DNA of 64,000 nucleotides from Tubiluchus corallicola (GCA_030141605.1 JAQGDQ010000005.1:682180-746179), one strand, 5' to 3'; shown: positions 1 to 13,141, counted from the first letter of the stretch. Numbers and translations: made by a program. Notes: a model not told the origin generated them from the letters alone.

Positions 1-41
1 ACATACATACATACATACGTACGTACATACATATATATATA
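1..41. repeat. (ACAT)n/(AT)n microsatellite
   Basis: Visible directly at the window start. Confidence 0.9.
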
Positions 42-358
42 TTAAGCCCATACCAGTAGAATTAATATATACGATTCAATATGTACGTCTAACCTTGTAA
101 CATCATTGTAAATAAGTAATTGCATTATGATGTTTTAATCAATCATTCTTTGCTTTTATATTATCTCTAGCTAGGAACTATAGTGAAGATAAACAGAACA
201 CTAATTTCTTTCGAATAATATGCTTTTAGAGAACTTCCTTTAGATAGAAAATCCTTCAGTCTAATAACATTACAATCCCACATATCAAAAGCAGGCACGT
301 CAGAAAATTTTTTTTTAAAGTTCTCGACAGCATGTAAGCCAGCATACACTACGTATAC

Positions 359-3131
359 CTGAATTCTCCGAGACACTTTTTGGAATGGGGGAAGATAAGA
401 AGAGTGTGAGAGTTCTAAAATTGAACAAATCCTGCCAACTTCAGCTTGGTCAAGTTGCTTCTTCAAACCTATATTGTCAAACAAATCAAAAATCAAAATT
501 TATTAAAACAATAAATTAGATTAGCTTATTTTTCACAATGTTTGATGAAAGTGAATGCTAATCTAAATCAGATGTCACAGCACACTATTCTGAAACCTGA
601 TGGTACAAACCCACAATTAATTTAATCTTGATGCCAAACTGGAAAGGTGGGAAATGAAAAAATATGACACAGCCTAAATTTGAACCAGGAACAATTGGTT
701 TAGAAAGCCAACACCTAGCCACTAGGCCTTCATGTCTCCCAGTAATTATGGCAGTCCGAAGTACGTCCCTAATAGCTGGTCAATCAGTCCACAAATTAGA
801 GCATCACTCTAGTGTCAGGTATCCAACATTGAAAAATGTTGAAATACTTGTAAGTAATTTATATTCTGAAACATTTTTCCTCTTCAGTGTATAAACATTC
901 ACTGGCAGTTAAACACAATCTGCCAAAACAAATATCAATGAACCTGAAAGATCTTTGCAACGTCGCCTCCAAAACTCGATCTCTTCTAATGGTCCGGCAT
1001 TCTCGCTCACTTCTAGTGACTCTTGTGAGCTGAGAACCTCTTTAATTTGTCGTGTCCAGTAAACCATGGTAGCTGCAGAAAATATCCAAAAAAAGTACAA
1101 GCCAGCATACAAAAAAAGTATATTACAAACCAGACTATTTCGAATAAGTTCCCTATATAAAGCATGGAAATTGTACAGAATGCACAATATTTTAGCTATT
1201 AGCTATGATACAGTGTAATTTAAATAAAAGTACTAACATTCCAGACGCTGAACGAATTCTTTATCTTTAGCAGCAACTTCAACAGGTATGTCACTTCCCT
1301 CGGTAGGTACATACAGCACTGTGTAACCAAGTAACTTATATCTATATTGTCAAAAATATTTCATTAACAATGCTCATCTTGTTGCATAATACTTTACACA
1401 AATACCAGCTCTTTGATGAAGACAAGCATACAGACCGGACACTGTAAAATAAAAACTAATTTAAAATAAAAACCAATAAAACCAACTAACATAATCAATG
1501 AGCAAAATAGAAAGATGAAGGCTAACGAAAAACACGGATTGTCAATTATTTATGCACAAATAACAGGCGGCAATCAGCAATTCTAATTTAAAAACGTTAT
1601 GAAATCATTTACTTGGTATCAGTAAGAGAGGCCATGCACTTGTATACTGATGCTAAAAAATCATGTTTGATGCTCTCTGGCCAGAACGTATTCCGAAACA
1701 AACTCGGTACATAAACAGATTTCATGAGCTTCAGCAAACTGTCCATGTAGTTTCCATGCATGTTCCCATATTGTACGACGCGAAAGAAATTCTCTTCATC
1801 AATTCGGGTGTGGCAATCAGCTAAGTAAAAATCCGTATGTATAAAACACCGTACTTATTCTGTTTCTTGACACGGAAAATATTTTTTGTTGCGAAATTCT
1901 ATTAATTCTTTTTACTAATGCAAGTTTCTAGTCTAGTTACCGTCAAAATAAGTTGATTCAAGCTTACAAGCACATTTAAGGCTGATGCTGTAAGACTATT
2001 CAGTGGCCATATCCTATCGCTTTAAGACTTAGATGTTTAGCACATTCAAATTTTTATTAGGCCCAATTTGTAGAATGAATTTTGGCTGAAATCATATTTC
2101 AATAGAAAAACACTGCTTAAACTTCAAATTACTCTAATAATAACAAGAAACTAATTTTAATATTATCTATAGTGTTTTCGTTTGTTGTTTTACCTGGAAG
2201 TTGGAAGTTCACAGATGACGATTTCAACTTATATACATACCATGATAGACTTTTCATCTTTCTCAGCAATAAAGTCAACCTATCTCATAATCAGTTGTAG
2301 TAGCCATATGGTACTGTACTTAACTACTAATTTACAACTTATTAATTCACAGTCATCTCTGCATATTATTACGCTTACTAGTGAACTTATTGATTATTAA
2401 GCTCACGTGAACTCATTAATTCACAGTAGTTCTCTGAATATTATTAGGCTTAAAGAAAACAAAAAAAATACTTTTAAGAAAGTAGAATAGTTGCTTCATT
2501 GGACAAATGGGAACTGTCATCTCAATACATAAGTTCTGTTCAGAATCCAAATACACAATAAGTATTGATTTGGACATGTCAAAGAAGAATAGCTGTATCG
2601 CTTCATCATGTTCAGCAGTCCACATATGCTTTCGAAGCCCTTTCAAACACACTTTATCCTTTATCAAATGCACCTGCAAAGATTCATACAAAACTACAGC
2701 CAAAAATCTACAATACTTAGTTTACTGGTGCCCAATGTTAGCTCATTTTCTTATGCCCAAAAAAAATCACATAACTTTATGCTGAAACAGACATGTATAT
2801 TAAAACGGATTAGGTAGTTGTCGTCAAATGTCTAAGAATTTATAATTGCCTGGTAATTCGGCATTGCATATTGAATGATGACAAATTTACATTGTCTAAT
2901 TTAAATATTAGGTATAATCTACATACCAGTGTGTGATATTTATCATATCAGTAAATGAATATATCAACTAATGGTCAGTTCTATATTATGAAGTGAGTTC
3001 ATGAAATTTGATGAGAAAACATATCTAACAATTTTAGCAGCAAAAACTTATTTATTTGATTTGACTGCTAGTGCAGTTAAATTTGTATGTATGTATATAT
3101 TGTTTATATATGGTGTATGGCAGATGAAGCC

Positions 3132-3169
<38 letters not shown>

Positions 3170-4581
3170 CTAGGGGTGTATGGCAGATGAAGCCATTGTA
3201 ACTGTTTCACTGACTGTTACCTATCCATTTACTAGGACTAATGCTGCTTAACATCTTGGACAAGTATACCTTGTTGAGAGCCGAGTGGACCACTGCGCCA
3301 AGTAGACCACTTGATGCGCTAAAAGTAGTGTCCTACATGGGCAGCCCAAGTAGGACACTAGCGATTTTTGTCGAGAATCGGTAATTTTGTCAAATTTTTG
3401 AAAATTCTGTGAACGTTTCTTCATTTTATTATTTACAGAAATAATTGCAAATTTAAAAATAAGACAGATGCTGCTAAGCCTTCACAACACCAAAAAGTAA
3501 TTTTTAACATTTAAGAAAAGCAAGGATAATTAGTTTTAATATTATCAGTAGTATTGTAACATGTAGGGCACTGTCCTACATGGCTCGCTAGCCCATGTAG
3601 GACACATAGATTGCTAGAACGTTTACTTATAAGAAAACAATTATTTGCCCACGAGGTAGTGAAACGGATCACCTGTTTGTGAAGTGAGACAAAATCAAAA
3701 ATGATATACCTTAAACAAATTTTGTATTCGCAAAAAAGTGTTTTTTTTCCACTTCAACAACATTAATATCGAAACCAAATTTAATATTGTCCTGTCTACC
3801 AGCTCAGAATAAAATTCTTTTATTTTATTAGATGTATAATAAATTATTCAACGTGTACTAACGTTTTTAATTATTATTATTACATAAACAAGCACAACGG
3901 ATGCTGTCAGTGCACTTAACGACTCAATTCGCGACCTGTCTCTAGTGTCCTACTTGGGCAGCCCAAGTAGACCGCGGCAATAAAGGGCCAACTGAGGCAA
4001 TAAATGATTTATTATTAGCAAGAATAAGATTTGCAAATGGCTCATAGCTAAACTAAAGAAAATCTTTTTTTCAACACATTAAAATTGTGAAATATACTGC
4101 TTAATATAAGTAATAATAACGCTAATAATTGAGACCAACATTTTATACATATATAACTATTACGCCTTATTGATTTTGCTGTAATGCAAGCAGAACACAT
4201 ACCAAACTTGCACAATACTGGAAACGTTCATCTTCATAACTTTGCTTGTAATCTATATCACTAACAGTAACAGCAAGATCTGCGTCGCCTTCAGCAGTGG
4301 CAGCAACAGCTGTAGCAGTTTCTTCCGACACTGTTTTGTCAACTAAATCTACACCTACGATATGAAAACGTAAAAAAAATCGAAATTTTTATAACTGCTC
4401 AGTAGGGCGTTTTGCAGTTGACTGTAACTCAACAGTTACAGTCTGTAGAGTGTAGGCTAGAATTTTAGAAAATTCTGAAGTAACTTCTATATAGTTCTAA
4501 GCACAATTCATACAATCACATACCATTCGTTTTAGCGGCCGGCGACTCTGAAATATTTTCTTTGTCGTTTTCAGAAGGCAT
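359..4581 (-). CDS. DNAH2: Axonemal dynein heavy chain 2 (inner-arm dynein f beta), 5' part; continues past the left edge
   Basis: GT-AG exons in consistent phase: 4524-4581 (ATG), 4203-4354, 2472-2673, 1613-1820, 1238-1341, 944-1072, 359-468. Spliced peptides WTAEHDEAI, FWPESIKHDF, LTDTKYKLLGYTVLYVP, KDKEFVQRLE and MVYWTRQIKEVLSSQE..GPLEEIEFWRRRCKDLSG match my recollection of the DNAH2 N-terminus and DHC_N1 region. Confidence 0.88.
590..741 (-). mobile_element. Decayed tRNA-derived SINE fragment
   Basis: Minus strand reads GGGAGACATGAAGGCCTAGTGGCTAGG...GGTTCAAATTTAGGC, giving A-box-like and B-box-like motifs at tRNA spacing, with no intact cloverleaf. Boundaries are approximate. Confidence 0.45.
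3112..3197. repeat. Direct repeat GGTGTATGGCAGATGAAGCCAT flanking a (TA)n(GA)n microsatellite
   Basis: Two identical 22-mers near 3112 and 3175; a related motif (GATGGCAGATGAAACCA) recurs near 20697. Confidence 0.8.
3268..3982. mobile_element. Non-autonomous DNA transposon/MITE family A, copy 1 (DNAH2 intron 2)
   Basis: Contains palindromic GTGTCCTACATGGGCAGCCCAAGTAGGACAC motifs and aligns by eye as the reverse complement of 41884-42703. Confidence 0.75.
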
Positions 4582-4711
4582 AATTGGTCATTCTTGCAAC
4601 AATACATATGATTTACTTCAATTTATAATTGAAATTCCTTTAACACCCCAAAACTTTAGAAGCAAGATTTATTGTCAATGGGCCGAAAGATCAGACTGAA
4701 TTCAACACGTA

Positions 4712-4724
4712 GTTGCTAAGGACG
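4712..4724. promoter_or_regulatory. RFX X-box-like motif upstream of DNAH2
   Basis: GTTGCTAAGGACG lies about 130 bp upstream of the DNAH2 ATG. It has one strong GTTGCT half-site, and X-boxes are typical of ciliary gene promoters. Confidence 0.55.
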
Positions 4725-4924
4725 CTTCCCGTATCAATTCAACTGCGCTTGTTTGCAAAATCTTAACATGCAGCACTACTCTCATTATCCTATATTATCA
4801 TTAATTCATTATTCGGATTATCCTATACTGTTATGCTGTCATGATTAGGAGTTAAGCGAATACACTAGTATAAACCCCATATTTTTCCACAAAATAATTG
4901 TTGATTAATTTTTTTTTAAATTTA

Positions 4925-6404
4925 CTGTGGTTAATAATTTAAAATGATGCAGCAATCACCATGGCAGGCAAATTATTCCATTCGTTCACAACTCTCACAG
5001 AAAATGAATATTTTAAAACGTCAATACGTGACCACTCTTTAAACATTTTAAACTATGTCCTCTATTTTTAGAATCAACAACTAAATTAAAGAATTTTTGC
5101 TGCAAAATGTTTTCTTATCTATTTGATATTTTATAAAATTCAATAAGATCTCCACGGTGTCTTCTAAATTCAAGTGTGGTCAAACTGCAATATTTTAATC
5201 TTCCCAAATATGCCAGATTTCTACAACCTAATATTATTCTTGTAGCACACATTTGTACACTTTCCATAAGCAATATATCTTTCTGATAGTGGGGATTCCA
5301 AAGCTGCACACAGTATTCTAGGTGAGGTCTAACCAAACCAAAGCATAATTTCAATACAATCTCTTTATTTCTAGACACGATATACCACTTTATCATCCCC
5401 AAAATTTTGTTTGCTTTCTTAACAGAGGATACACATGGGAAAATTTCAAGTCTGGTGTTGTCATTGTGATCACATCAAGATCATATTTATTCTTTGTACA
5501 TTGAAGAGTTGTTCCATTCATAATGTGGATGCGCCCAGTCCAGGCAAAGAAATGGCAAAAATCAGTATTGAATTTTGCGATAGACCTGCAATTTATTAAA
5601 ATAACAGATCACAAAAAGTGCTTAAGAATGTGTTAAAGGTTATTACTATTTAGACAAAATAAAAAATTAGATTTAAAAAGACTCAAGCATAAATTATTAC
5701 TTTATGATTTTAGAGATTTGAAGCATTTCTAACCAATTTGAACTATTAACTAATTATTAAAGTAGATGGTGACTTACATTTACTGGTGACAACTTTGGCT
5801 TGAAAGTACAACTAGTGACTGCTAAACTGTAACAAAATAAACAAAGCAATGCAAGTATCACCAAACAACATGATCAGCATAGCAGCAACAGAAAATCTAA
5901 CTACGTGCAAAAACAAGTGTGATTGATAGGTGACGTACACTACTAAAGCTTAGGTCACATAACTAAGGCTGGCTTCGTTTCAAACACTTTCAGGAAATGA
6001 TGTTTGTAAAAATACGAAAAAAAAAAAACAAATAATTATAGAATGCTAGATTAAATTGCTTGACATAAACACATAACATTATCACTTTTAAGATTCCCAA
6101 AACCGCCATCCATCACCTCACATTTACCAACATAAAATAACATTTACCAATCATTACACCACCTATATAGTTGTTCAATATCATGCTGTAAAACCAATGA
6201 ATCTGCTACAGAGTTCATTGGATTATAGAATTTTGTATCATCTGCAAATTTTAAAATGTGAATGGAAATCTTATTATCTATATCATTAATGAAAATAGTG
6301 AACAACACCAGTCCAAGTACCCGTCCCTGTGGAACACCTCTAGTCACCAACTTCTCAGAAGATTCTACACCATCAAGTACGACACATTTTAAACACTTTA
6401 ACAA
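4925..6404 (-). mobile_element. 5'-truncated, decayed CR1-type LINE (RT C-terminal half) interrupted by a nested insertion
   Basis: ORF 6144-6404 has GVPQG.VLG.VLF.IFINDID..LKFADDTK; ORF 5115-5402 has LVRPHLEYCVQLWNPH..DI..ESVQ..ATR..LEFRR.RGDLIE.YKI. These are CR1-clade RT motifs. Confidence 0.88.
5524..6065. mobile_element. Interspersed repeat family B, copy 1, nested in the CR1 LINE
   Basis: About 540 bp similar to 23364-23866 along its length; CATAA occurs at both junctions. Confidence 0.7.
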
Positions 6405-7048
6405 AGGTAGTCTAAATTAATAATTTAATATCACCCACAACATGCTTAATTTTTCACATGGCAAAACAAGTGCTTTCTTGCTTTTCGTTTCACAAATCAC
6501 ACTTCAGATTTTCTTTACACAAACATTTAAAATTACATTTGTCTTCAACAATATTTAATTTCACATTTAAAGTTTGCTTGCTCTGAATTGGGCTGCGTGA
6601 ATCACACCGACCTAGTCGTGAACAAAGAGAACAAAAAATATTATGGACACACTTGACTTTCTCTTTAAAGAATTTGCATATTGCTAATTCAATATCCTTG
6701 TAGAAATTGACAATGATCAGATGCTAGACGTGTAAACTCGCTTAGGGAAGGTGGTTATTTTGAGAATAAGAGCAAGTACGGTTTTTATAAGCTGGGTTTT
6801 AATTGGTAGGTGCTAGCCTAGTTCATTAAAATTATTGTGTAAATATACTAGCTTCTAAAGACTCTACTTGTATTATCTGGATTATAATTATTGACTTTTG
6901 TATTTACCTTACCGGATAATTACCGTTATTTTTGTGATATAAGTGTAAGGTGCAGTGCTGAAATGAATAAAATCTTGAATGCCCCTGGCAGACATTACAA
7001 AGGGGAGTTAGCGAAGTAAAATGTATCTGAGGTAGCAACTAAAGGAGT

Positions 7049-7212
7049 CTGAGGGGGTACGTGTCATTTAGGCATGGGACACTTGAGCTGCTGTTAGCCA
7101 AGAAACATTTGGCACCAATAAAACTAAACTGAGGGGGTACGTTTCATTTAAGCATGGGACGCTTGAGCTGCTGTTAGCCAAGAAACATTTGGCACCAATA
7201 AAACTAAACTGA
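7049..7212. repeat. Tandem duplication, 2 x 80 bp
   Basis: CTGAGGGGGTACGT...CACCAATAAAACTAAACTGA repeats with period 80 and few mismatches. Confidence 0.9.
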
Positions 7213-9326
7213 ATTTTTATTTTTGTTTTGAAGTTTTTATTAATAATCTTAATAATGATTTGCTAGTTTTTTAACTCACATTATTTTTTAAGATTGCTTC
7301 ACCAAATTTTAACTATGCAGTGTACATAATGTGATTATAACAATAGAGGGATCGCAAAATGTCAATCAATGAGCGAAAGTCCACCACACAATGGCCAATC
7401 AGATGCTTTAACTGGTTGGCTGCTGCACAGCCTCTGAAGCTCACTCCCACTGAAGCATTCAGAATATACTTAAACAGTAAATATATCACAATTGTGCGTG
7501 TATACATGATTAAATTCTTTTTACTTAGACAAAAAGCAAACAAATGTTGAAAATGGATCAAACATGCAGAAGACCTCATGGAAAACTAAACCCTTTAAAA
7601 ATTAATAAAAACCATGCTCTCTTCTGTTGTTCCATAATGTAAGAATGTAATATACTGACTTCAGCACTCTATATGTACAGAACAAAATAGTATTTATTAA
7701 ACTTGATAGTTAATAAGGCCTCTTAGTTATCATATTCACAAAGTTTAATCTGGGCAGCTTAGGTTGTTTAAAATCAAGTATCAGTGCTCATGTAAATCAT
7801 TTAAATTGTTGATGCATAAGTTGTTTTATTTGTATCATTATACCTCTAAATAGATATAACTGAAATATCCTTGTCAATAGCTGAGATTCAGATTTGTTTT
7901 GCCACTAAGCAAGATTTTTGAAGAACTCGAGTTGCATTATATACTTTTTTATACTGAAGTTTGATCTCATGACACTGGAAAACAATTTGGTTGCAAGTGT
8001 AAGTAAAAAATCTGTGATTTTATTTTTACAACAAGTTTGTGCAGTGGTAGGCTATTTTCATTGAAGACCAGCATTCTGATCATTAGGTAACAATTTTTAA
8101 TCCCTCACATAAAACATTGATATAACGCACATATCCTTGATTGAAATTATTAAGTATTTTTATTTTTGGAAGTCAAATAAGTACAAGAGTGATATATTTT
8201 CTGAAATAAGAGACAAATCGTTACAAATCACCCACTTATTTTTCGTGCTTTTACCCGTATGTTTATAGTTATTCCATACAGTAGTAGCTGTCAGCAAAGA
8301 AAAGTTCGTGAGGCAAAAGCCAAGGCAGCATGGCTTAATTCCAACTGTAATCTGTGTATTAAAACCAGTCAAATAACTCTGCAGTTTCATTTTTTGAACT
8401 GAATGAACGTAATACCTTGCGTGAAAGAATTTGAAATTTGTGCTGTTATATTTAACAATACCTATGTACTCACCCCTCTTCTGAAAATAGAAGTGCCTGT
8501 TTGTTGTCTCAGACAAGCATACTGTATCTCTAGAAAAAGCTGTCTGGAAACATAACATTCAGAAATGGGTGGGCAGTTTAGAGTTTCATTATTTTATGGT
8601 AAACAATTATTATATTGGCTCTAACAGGTCGTGAAATTAATATTATTGTGCATATTCAGCAGCAGCATTTCCGATGCATGCTGCCCATTTTCTTATTTGC
8701 ACATAAGTCAAATAAAACTCATTAATTCTCAACTAGACTGCAGCAGCAAATGATTACAGTAATACATATTTAAGTAAAAAAGAAAGTGGATCATTGCTCT
8801 GCATAAAAGTTCTGTGTTCTTAATTTTTAGTTTGGTGAGCAAACAGTTGGTTACATAAAAAAGTGCTTCTGTCCCTGTTAAGCTGTACCAGTTGGCAGCC
8901 AGCTAATATAATTAACATGGCCGAATCTTGCCACACATGAATTACATGTGAGATTTTAATTCTTTTACCATAGTAGATGTTGCACAAAGCAAATGTAGAC
9001 ACGCGGATATAATAAAAATGTAGATTAAATGTAGATGAGATATATGTAGATGTTCCAAACACAGCTTCTTAGCTAATCTAATCTTTCTCATTCATAATAT
9101 GCTCTAATGATTTAATAATTCTGAAAAAATGGGAAACTTTGGTATAAATTAAAATCATAAAATTAAATTATTTTTAAATAAATACACAAGCCTTGCAAAC
9201 TTTGAAATCTAAAGCCATTTATTTCTAGGTATTGATTGCAGATAACATTTAATCAAAAGTGTTATTTCCAGATTATTAATGAGTTAATTAATATATTTTT
9301 AGGTAAATTTTGGCTATTTGTAAACC

Positions 9327-10604
9327 ATGGAGAACATTCCAGGGTATTTTCCTCAATGTTGGTCTGACGACGAACGAATGGATGCTCTGTTTTCTGAAAT
9401 TCGTCCCGTTTCTATGAATCCAGCAGATTTTCCAGGGAAGATGTCTTTCTGGACCGATTTAATCCTGCGTGTCTGTAAAGAAGAAAATAAAATTTGTTTT
9501 GATTATGAGTTTTTAAGTAGGCGATTAAACCGTAAGGGCAGAGTCCCACTTTCATTAGAAACAGCTATTCAAGAACTTGTAAAGCAGAGAAAAGTTCTGT
9601 CCTGTTGTGATATTATGGAAGCTGCTGAAAAGAAACAGAAGGGTTGGATTTCATGGGGATTTGAAACATTTGTGAAAACACCTGTCTTATGGACTGTTAG
9701 GTGGTTTTATGATCCTATAATTTCTTCCACCCAGCTTAAGCAAACACAGTTTGTTGCGATGGATGTTCTTAAATTAAGTGCGCAGCAATTGTTAAACATC
9801 TGTGATAAAGATTTGCTAGCTAGTGAAAGTGATTCTGATATTGTAGATTACGACACCATGAGACAAAAATGTCAACACTTTTGTCCTTCTGAAGAAATGT
9901 TTGAGCTTGTTTTGGCTTACTTAAGAAGTGAAAGTAAAATTAACATTTGCGAAACTGCAGGCCAGAAGTTTGTTAAATTTGGTAATGAACAGGAAACTCA
10001 TAAACCAGTGCTTTCAGAAGCAGAAGTTTCAAGTATTCAGTTAGATAAAGCTAGAAGTATTTTAGAAAAGCAGGTTAAGAATCTAGAGGATGATCGTGAA
10101 AGATGTGTGATGATTGCAAAAGCATATTTGAGTAAAGGGCAAAAAAATCTAGCAAAAAAGACTTTAAAACGCAAGTGGCACATTGAGATGCTAATTAACA
10201 AAAAACAAGATGCCTTGAATAATGTGCATGACCTAAAGTATAAATTGTGTGATACAAAATCAAATGCCAAGGTGTTGGAGGCATATAAATCCTGCGTGTC
10301 AGTAATGAAACAAACTATATCGCTGGAAGAGGTTGATAAAACTGTGTGCGAAGTCAACGAAGTTTTAGAAGATCAACAAGAAATTAACAAAAGCCTTTCT
10401 ACTGGATTTACTGATATTAATACTTCAGAGAGTGAACTTGAAAATGAATTACATGAACTCCTAGCACAAGATAGTGCATCTGAAGCTACTATTAGTAAAG
10501 GTGAACCTGACTTGGACAGACAACTGGAAAATATTCTTCCCCGTGTTCCTGCACATGTACCTTTTTCTGGAAAGGGAGAGAGAAAAGCAACTGTGCTTTC
10601 ATAA
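9327..10604 (+). CDS. CHMP7: Charged multivesicular body protein 7 (ESCRT-II/III hybrid), single coding exon, 425 aa
   Basis: N-terminal PQCWSDDERMDALFS, FW..LI, RKGRVPL.L and GWISWG (winged-helix part) are followed by a Snf7 coiled coil (AKAYLSKGQKNLAKKTLKRK, VLEAYK, ESELENELHELL, LPRVP). An acceptor-like TTTTTAG at about 9302 suggests an upstream non-coding exon. Confidence 0.92.
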   Translation: MENIPGYFPQCWSDDERMDALFSEIRPVSMNPADFPGKMSFWTDLILRVCKEENKICFDYEFLSRRLNRKGRVPLSLETAIQELVKQRKVLSCCDIMEAAEKKQKGWISWGFETFVKTPVLWTVRWFYDPIISSTQLKQTQFVAMDVLKLSAQQLLNICDKDLLASESDSDIVDYDTMRQKCQHFCPSEEMFELVLAYLRSESKINICETAGQKFVKFGNEQETHKPVLSEAEVSSIQLDKARSILEKQVKNLEDDRERCVMIAKAYLSKGQKNLAKKTLKRKWHIEMLINKKQDALNNVHDLKYKLCDTKSNAKVLEAYKSCVSVMKQTISLEEVDKTVCEVNEVLEDQQEINKSLSTGFTDINTSESELENELHELLAQDSASEATISKGEPDLDRQLENILPRVPAHVPFSGKGERKATVLS

Positions 10605-13141
10605 TTATTTGTGGTATGTTAATCAAAGGTGAAAATGTCGAAAGACTTCTTGTTTTTTTTATTATTGATTATTATATATTTGAGTATATTCATCAGATAG
10701 TCTTGTTAAAGACTAATTATATATATATCTCTAGTAGTATGTCATGAGGTTGTTTAGCTTTTGTATGAAATTGTACAGGCAATGCAGACAGGAGTGCCAC
10801 AGCATTTTAAAGTATGTTTTAGAATAATAGTCTCCTTTACTGCCACTTCGTATTTGATATTTGAAATGTCGCGACTGGAATGATTTAAACTTCTGATTCT
10901 ACTGAAAATATGAGTTTTTACTAATTTATTATATAACACAAGTATTTTAGGTTAATGCCAGTGTCTAGGCTAGTAATTTAAGTAAATCATAAGAAACATC
11001 ATGGGCTGTAATATTATATTGGTATTTTACTCAAAAAAAAGTGCTGATATTACCGTATCTGTAATTAAGACTAATCTGTAGATAAAACAGCAGCAATAGT
11101 TTCGTTTGTTTGCTCGTTTACTTATTTTATTTAAGAATTGTAATTATCATTGTCAAATTTTAGTACAGAATGAAGAATAAAAGTTATATTTGAGTGTCAT
11201 TGCTACATGCATTGTTGTAGTAGTGAATAATTTTGTACAAGTATTTATTAAATTTTGTTTGTTTGTGTACATAGTGTAATTGTTTCTGTATACATATACG
11301 TGTGTTTTGAACATTCAAAATTTTGTTTATTGTAGAAGAGTCATTCTTTTATTTTTGCTGGTAAGCTACTTTTCCTTATTTCACCTGTTAACTCAATGTA
11401 CCACAGAAAGTCTGAGATCTCATCCTAGAAGCACACAATTGATCAGAACCACTTATCTGCTACTAGTTCTGTATCACTGAATTATTGAATTATGGATACA
11501 TTACAAGGAAAGTGTGACCCCGAGCATTCTATAAAATGTCTAAATATTACGTTGCTTTTACAAAAACACTGAATAGTGGAGTTAATTTAATAATAACACT
11601 CTGCACCTTTCTGTAGCACTGGTATCCAATCATTGCAGGTCACGGATAATATGAACGTTTTTGATTCAAAAACTGCGAAATACGACATAGAAAAATAGAT
11701 AGAATTATCTTTGTTTACCAATATACTAATTAACAGTAACTACATTTAAATGTATGATGAAATAGTTAAAATGCCAGTGATTTAAAAATAAGTGATATTT
11801 GGTAATTGTGTTGTACAAGTAGCATGTGAAAATACTAAATAAGCTATCTTTCAATATTAAGACCAAAAATGAAATTCAATCATACAATTAAAACAAGCTT
11901 TGCTAAACTAATTAAACTATCACACAATAAAGATTATATTTATTAAACTGCTTTAGTGAGTTCACAGTAAAAAGAAAAAATCGTATGCATTTATGCAATC
12001 AGTAGAAGCAATAAGTCATGATATAATACACAAAAATACTACAGATCTATAATCAGTACAGTATGATACACTCACTGTAACCCATCAATGCAATCAAACA
12101 TCAATAGAATTTTGTAAGTTTCCAGATATGGGATCTTGTTATTTATGAGCTTGGATAAAATATTGTAGAGTACATTACATTAATTTAATTGATCTTTTTA
12201 AGTTGTCCTCTTATTCTGGTCATGATAGTATTTTTGTTTTAATGTTACTTTATAATTATATAATATGATAACGGATTTAATTTGTGTTGATATCTTGTTT
12301 GTTCCACAAGTTAACTGCTGTTTTTGCAATGCTTTCTATAATGAGTTGTTTTCTGTTTTTATTGGTATGATATTACGAGTTCTGTTATTTCAGTTGATTT
12401 TGTTTTTTGAATGCAACACTTCTATTATCTATGTATTTACAGAAGAAGTTTAACTAAATTTTGATATTCAGTAGGCGTTTAAAGAATGTGCCCTTTGAAT
12501 TAAACGAAAGGAGATTTTTGTATGATGTTGATTTTCTCTATAAAAGAGGTCAAAACATAGTTGCAAAGCGAGCATCCATATGTATAACGTGGTACAACAG
12601 CCGTTTTATAAATAAAATTATTATTAATTTACTTTCATCATTGAGCTGTCCTTTAATCTGCTTGAGGAAACTTATACCGGCTGACATTCTTTTGTCGCAC
12701 ATTATCTAGCTGTTTGTCCATTAAGGTTATTATCGACAATTATCCCTTGTAATTATGTTCTTGTGTATTTTCTGTTTTATTACGCGTCTATTTACAATTA
12801 CGTAAAATAATTAGTAATTACCATAAATTCTGTTTCGTCTCATTCATCGCTGGTTTGTAATGGTTAAAACAATGCTAATTTAATTTTTTCAAGACAATTA
12901 TTCCAAATTTGAAATAGCATCAGCAAAATTTGCGTTAGAAATGCACACTCAGGCTGGTATCGTCTGCGTAGAGCACTATGTATGCGTATGATAAATTATT
13001 GTCTGTAGCACTTTCTCAATGTCATTTACATAATAGTGCACATTCACTGTTGGAAATCATAGCAACCATATTATTAATTAAAATAATTTGGATTTTTTTC
13101 TTTTCACATGATTTTAAGTGTGTGTGGTTAAAATAATGACC

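Noticed and set aside
167-358. Open-frame continuation after the DNAH2 exon ending at 359
   Set aside because: Follows a CAG|GTATAC donor and does not resemble the expected dynein continuation; treated as intron read-through.
6692-8138. Three ATATCCTT motifs (6692, 7865, 8131) resembling AT-AC U12 donors
   Set aside because: No associated coding exon or matching branch-plus-AC acceptor was found; likely chance in AT-rich DNA.
8160-8558. 132-aa minus-strand ORF
   Set aside because: No recognisable motif and no ATG start; probably spurious.
10037-10357. Antisense ORFs overlapping real exons (also 40895-41080, 47613-47852, 33001-33189)
   Set aside because: Shadow ORFs on the strand opposite conserved coding sequence.
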